A DNA stretch of 64,000 nucleotides from NCBI GenBank assembly GCA_000320545.1, contig ADNK01003099.1, forward strand, positions 22,121 through 86,120, written 5' to 3'. A program made the position numbers and the translations under genes. The notes below the pieces were generated by a model, which made no database searches, had not been told where the DNA came from, and saw only the letters and a program-made list of their open reading frames with translations. Source of the stretch: Bigelowiella natans CCMP2755 (lineage: Eukaryota; Protista; Cercozoa). This document shows, in pieces, positions 52,632 through 64,000 of the stretch (position 1 is the first letter of the stretch; each line of letters begins with the position of its first letter).

Positions 52632-54186
52632 TCATCGTCGTTGGACACGCAGCGTGCTTCTTGGCAAATCATCGACGTTTCTTTCAAAAACATTTTGCTT
52701 CAAAAAGATGCTATTGGAATATTTGAAACCTGCAGTGCCGGGATATTTCTTGTCAATCTCGACACTTTCAGTACTTGATGTGCCTAGTTTGATGCGATCA
52801 GAAGTTGGAAGAGAACGTAAGGAGCGATGTGGAGATGAAAACAAATAAATGCAACCAAAAGAGTAATCGATAATCGCATAACGATTGTTTGGAATTCTTT
52901 CCCTTCTTAAGTATGCTGCTACTACTACTACTGCTGCTGCTGCTGCTAGTGCGCATTGCAATAGGCACCAGCCACTGTTGCCGATGCTGAAACTGCCGAG
53001 GACATCGCGACTACACTCTTAGAAAAATATGGCTCCCGAAAACTATATGACGAACATCAAAGGGGATCGAGAAGGGAGAGTAGGTGAAAGGTGGAGGATT
53101 TTTAGAAGAATCGGATTTAGTTCTTTAATATTCGTTTGACATGTCCAAGATGTCTCTTCGATGAACGAAAAAATGTGAAATAGTAGCGGCAAATGGTACC
53201 CGCCCCTGAGAGAGTCAGAGTTGTGGAAATAGTTGGAAAGTAACGTGCGCGGCTGCCGTGCTCTCCGTGATGTTCGCCCGAGCCGTCTTATCGATTTCAA
53301 AAGATTTCTTCTCGCCGAAAAGATGAAAGACGAAGTCGCGGAGTAAGAGGGAGATATGAGGATGAAGAATAGAAGGAAGAGGAGAGTGCAGGAAAAGGAT
53401 AGAAACGGCGCGAGATTGGTGGCTCGGGCAAACAATGCAGTCGACGATGTAGTGGTGATTCGACTGGTCCTGAGAATATTGCACAGTAGCTATTCCTATC
53501 GTAATCGTTCTTAGCTAACAAAAGACGATGCTTCTTTCTGTATTATCGTTCTAGTTTGTGTGCGCAGGTGAGCTAATACATGCGTCGGAGATATATGAAA
53601 ACAGCAACCTTTTAGATCTCAGCAGCCGTCTGAGCATGCAAACGAGGAGGGTAGAGCAGTTTGATGAATGGACCGATACAGTAATAATCTCTTGGTTGGT
53701 TTGGAGCTTTTCACACAGAACCGGGATTTCAGAAAACTAGGAAAATCGATGTCCTTTTATATCGATGCGACAAGGAGGAACTCGCATTGTTCATGAGATT
53801 CGACGTAATTGCCGAGAGCTTCTTTCGGTCTCGGATGGCAAGTACGACACGTGGCAAGATAAAGGGGATTCTGTATACTAAAGACAAAAGAGATGGGTGT
53901 CTTTCAACCAAAATGGCAATTGATTGACGACTGATACATCTCCCTCCAAGCTGCACAAATGTGTGGGGAAGATGCATCTTAAATTTGCACAATTGCACAA
54001 ATTTCCCTCCACATCCACTTCATAAGGAAGAAACCATGCCCTTCGCACAACTGCGACTACCCTATTTTCTGTCGCATTTGGAAATCCAAGAAGAACCGTC
54101 TTGGCGCGCTCCGGTTGCGAAAACTGTGAATGCAGGAATTGGAGGCGAGTCGAAAGTTTACGCACAAAATGGCATCTGTTTCCATT
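52632..54186 (-). CDS. Spliced hypothetical coding region (5' part of the preceding gene or a separate gene)
   Basis: Open segments such as SVEIDKKYPGTAGF and VVAVVRRAWFLPYEVDVEGNL; connectivity unresolved. Confidence 0.35.
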
Positions 54187-54305
54187 GAGTTGATCATTGG
54201 AATATTACCCTGCTTCTGAGTCTGAAAGCTGGGGAGGAGAAAGCTCGCAAGAATTCAAATATCTCTGTTCCCGCGCTTAGGACCTGGGAGTAAAGAACGA
54301 AGGCC

Positions 54306-60512
<6,207 letters not shown>

Positions 60513-60814
60513 TTCCTCCCCCTAAAGACCTCGCGCTTGTAGTCATTGTTGTTTGGTTCTTGCACAGCAAGTAGCAACACAATAATGGCAGACTGCGTGA
60601 CCCCGACCAACAGTCTCTTGGGAGGGGGTGGGGGGAGGAGTGCTGGGAAAACATCCTACATCGTCACTCTTATGTTGAAACATGTGAAGTTGTGATTATC
60701 CCGTTGATAATAGGGTTTCTTCTTCTGCAGTTTGTGCGACCATAACACCTTCCTACTCTCTTTTGCTAGATTTCTTCTTTAGAAACCTTGTATGGGAGGG
60801 AGAGCGGAGGTATG

Positions 60815-60890
60815 GAGGCACGTGTGTGAAGGGCGATTATGCAGAAAGCTCACTAGGAGCATGCTTCGCCTGGAGAAAATAAATCAGCAT
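60815..60890 (+). promoter_or_regulatory. Candidate SECIS element in the TrxR 3' UTR
   Basis: GTGAA (60826) GGGCGATTATGC AGAAA GCTC-ACTAG-GAGC ATGCTTCGCCT GGAG (60875): UGA/GA quartet, ~12-bp helix II, apical adenines and a mini-stem. Helix I is weak. Confidence 0.55.
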
Positions 60891-61199
60891 GAAAAGGGCA
60901 ATAGTTCGTAAATATTTTAAATATCTGTTTTTGTAGTAGCAGACGCAGGGCGGTCGTGAATAGAGAAATCACGATTTTGAGAATATATGACCTTGGTGAT
61001 ATGAGAATGTATCTCTTTCACATATCATTTGTAGTTGCATTTGTAGTCATAGCTTCGTACCAAATGAAGGGTTAACTTCGATGTTCGCATTTACTACACA
61101 ATTTCAAATAACTTGCATTATGATTTCTACCTTTTGCGTCAATGATGTTGCGCTGTACTTGTTAGCCTAAGCTCCTCCGTGGCATCGTATCTGCGCATA

Positions 61200-62280
61200 A
61201 TGCTATTTGCTAGTCATGCATTACGCCCCTAGAACTTGTGCTTTGCTTGTAATGTGACGCCATCATAACTAGATAGCAATGGTGGATTCTACTAGATCTA
61301 TGCTAGGCGAGCTAGCAAGCACACTGCTCACGTAAGCGATCTGTTAGTGATCGTGGCAAACCTAGAGGCATTTGTTTGTGCACAACCTGCATTGACAGTC
61401 TAACGTTCATCCTAGATGTGCGCGAGCGAGCGTCCACCATATGTTTGTCATTGCAATCGTTGCCTGATGGTCAGTGTGCGCAGTCCAAATGACGCTCCAT
61501 GGCGCAAGCTAGCGCTGCACAATTCATGCTAGCTACGCATGGCGCTACGAGTCGCAATGCAAGCAACACAAGCAAAGCAAGTTTGCATGTTTGAAATTGC
61601 ATGAGCTGATCACTGTCCAGTGGGAGATAAAGAGTGGCAACAAGCGTGCATCACACGTGCGTGTGCTGCTGAGCATGACATGTACTGTGTCCATGGTGAG
61701 AGCGTGCTCCTAGCTCCAGAGCTAGAGAGCTGGAGAGCTGTTCCGAGCCGCGCATGCATCGCACTTGCACCGCAACAAAAACCATGCTAGCATGGTAGCT
61801 AGCTAGCATGCATGTTGCAGGCACTGCAGGCTAGCAGGGACCTTGCCAGCAGCATCGCTAGATTTGGTGCACACAATGCATGCTCTGCATGGATGCCAGC
61901 TTGCAAAAAGCACCTGGAACGTGCGCGTCTCTGGCTAGCTAGCTAGCTAGGTGCGTGCTGGCGTGCTAGTGTGCACTCGCGATCAAAAGGCATCTGTGTT
62001 GATCAGCATCGTTCCCAACAAAGATGATCTTGGCAGTGCACCCCTCAAACCTAGCACACAAACTTGTCCTTTGATGACAATGTGTGGTACACCCTAGCAC
62101 CCCAATTCATTGAATTGGGTGAATGGATTTGTGCACAGTTGCTTTTGATCCGAAACGGCCGCAAGCCGCACACAAAAGACAAAGACAAAGATAATGATGA
62201 AGAACAACGTTCCCAAAGTGTGGCAAGACACTTGCAATGCACGAAACACAGTGCCTCGAACTAGCTCTAGTGAGGACTAA
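61200..62280. other. CTAG-rich, otherwise TpA-depleted tract between convergent genes
   Basis: In 61440-62280 about two thirds of the few TA dinucleotides are in CTAG (manual count); abundant TGCA, CATG and CG. Confidence 0.85.
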
Positions 62281-62289
62281 CTGGTGAAG

Positions 62290-63305
62290 ACCAGCTGCAA
62301 GGGTGCGAGTGGATTTTTTGTGAGATTTAACAGGGAGATTTCGTAAGAATCGGAGGGATTTGATAAGTCGCACTGCAAGAATTACCTTTGATTTATATTT
62401 CCGTAACCAGGTTACGAGGATGCGTGCTTCAAGCGCGATGCTCTTCCGGCAGCGTTATCACCGGAATGGAAGCGTAACTGAATCACTGCAGATCTCATTT
62501 GAAACAGTTGCCTCCCCCCGACTATCTGCATCAAAAATACGGCGATAAGCCAAGGACCCGGGAGACCAAAGCAGCAAATTGCCGCTCCCCTGCAATGGTG
62601 TTGCTGATATGGCTGGTTTCGGATTCTATCAAGATAGTTCTTGCAGTGTGCGAGATTTGCTTCGGCATCTATCAGCTCATGTTACCACAAAAAAAAGTTG
62701 TGAGGCCTCTTCAGTGGTCGGATAAGAGAAAAATTATCACACTTTTGAATCTCTCCTCGATGAACTTCAAGTTTAGATTATATTCTTAATCAGGGGTTCG
62801 CTCGCGGCCGCTACCCTCGCCGCTCCTTACATCATTGTACGAGTGCTCATGATTTGCTACCATAACCTTGTTTCATCACTTCCTGATGCTTCTACTTTAC
62901 GTTACGTTGATCTCGTAGGGGACTCATATAGGAAATTTCGGCTGGCAGGCGTGGAATTGGATGTCTAGCTGCGTTATAAGTAGTGATAAATGCCCTCTCC
63001 GTATTTCCTAGACAATCTTTGGAATCTTAATCATCATCCCTGAACTCTATTCAGATATGTTTGATTTCTGTACCATCCTCCTCTTCCTCTATCTTCCACA
63101 CGTTTTCCCTGACTTTCTCCTTTTGTTGCTCACGTACTGTTGGTGTATATAATCTTGCGAGCCAGTCCTCGTAATGACCTCCGGGGCCTATCTCAGCTGG
63201 ATTGTAACCTTTTTAACGCTAATTACGTTTGCTGATGACAAGCAAATAAATTGGAAGACTAGCCGCATGTTTGCAGGGGGTTGTGTGGGGTTTGTGTGTG
63301 TGTGC

Positions 63306-63345
<40 letters not shown>

Positions 63346-63599
63346 GATTAGTTTTTATGAGAGTATATATGGTAACGACACCATTTCAACTAGAATCGTT
63401 CTTTAAAGATGCTCAATTGTCCTTATTTGTATAGGTCTGCCGTGCACTTTACGCAACTGTGAGGCTAACCAAGAGGATTCCTTTCCTTCTTAGGAGGATT
63501 TTTATTGTCTCCATTGCAACAGGTAGGTACATGCGGTTTCATGGCAGTCAACGCGTAACAGTAGGTTCCCGCTTACATGACTCTGAACTTCACATATGT

Positions 63600-63643
<44 letters not shown>

Positions 63644-64000
63644 AATGTGTGTATGTGTGTGTGGGCGAGCCGGTTGAGAGGGGACTCTCTGTTGCGCGGT
63701 CCCTGCAGTGATACCGCCTGCTGCTGGATGCTTAAATCGAGCAAACAAAAATCCTGGAAAGGGAGAAGGGCCCTGCCAGGGAGCATGGAAGAGTTGCGGA
63801 GGGCGCGGAGCAGTATTGAGGAAAAGAGGAACTTTGATAATACTTTGAGCGACTCTGAGCTGATGTGGCTGGCGCCAAAAAAATACTACATTTCATCTAT
63901 ACATAGTTAGTAAAAACAAACCTGGCCCTACGACTCGCCGCGAGCATCTGGAAAAGCATAATAATATGTATTAGCATTATTGAAAGCGTGTATATGCACA
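62290..64000 (-). CDS. 3' part of a possible spliced hypothetical gene
   Basis: Protein-like segments (YNPAEIGPGGHYEDWLARLY, AFITTYNAARHPIPRLPAEISY) between microsatellite introns; no domain recognised. Confidence 0.3.

Noticed and set aside
60590-60640. Alternative SECIS (GTGAC CCCGACC AA ... GGGGGA)
   Set aside because: Helix II would be only about 7 bp, too short for a SECIS.
61200-62280. CpG-methylation decay or fungal-type RIP as the cause of TG/CA richness
   Set aside because: CpG remains abundant and TpA is lost rather than gained, the opposite of those processes.

Overview
Intron-rich eukaryotic nuclear DNA with GT-AG introns full of microsatellites. It is probably from a protist or alga; a chlorarachniophyte-like rhizarian is a guess from genome style only. 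The window opens inside an apparently intact Ty3/Gypsy LTR retrotransposon (single Gag-Pol ORF, 3' LTR 3920-4245) whose integrase carries an extra C-terminal domain resembling the Dam-like adenine-methyltransferase domain of DIRS elements. About 14 spliced host genes follow, mostly in divergent/convergent pairs: a C2H2 zinc-finger protein, a giant multi-pass membrane protein with LRRs, a single-pass membrane protein, a dual-specificity phosphatase, a PPR protein, an HRI1-like protein, a Dabb-domain protein, an FHA protein, several hypotheticals, and a nucleoredoxin-like domain fused to a selenoprotein thioredoxin reductase ending GCUS with a candidate SECIS. The most striking non-genic signal is sharply bounded tracts, in transposon remnants and between convergent genes, where TpA is almost eliminated except in CTAG (or CTA/TAG) context while CpG is kept. 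Comparison of repeat copies points to TA->TG and TA->CA changes. This suggests a repeat-targeted, RIP-like A:T->G:C hypermutation system. No rRNA, tRNA or CRISPR was seen. Exon boundaries and dinucleotide counts were read by eye and are approximate.
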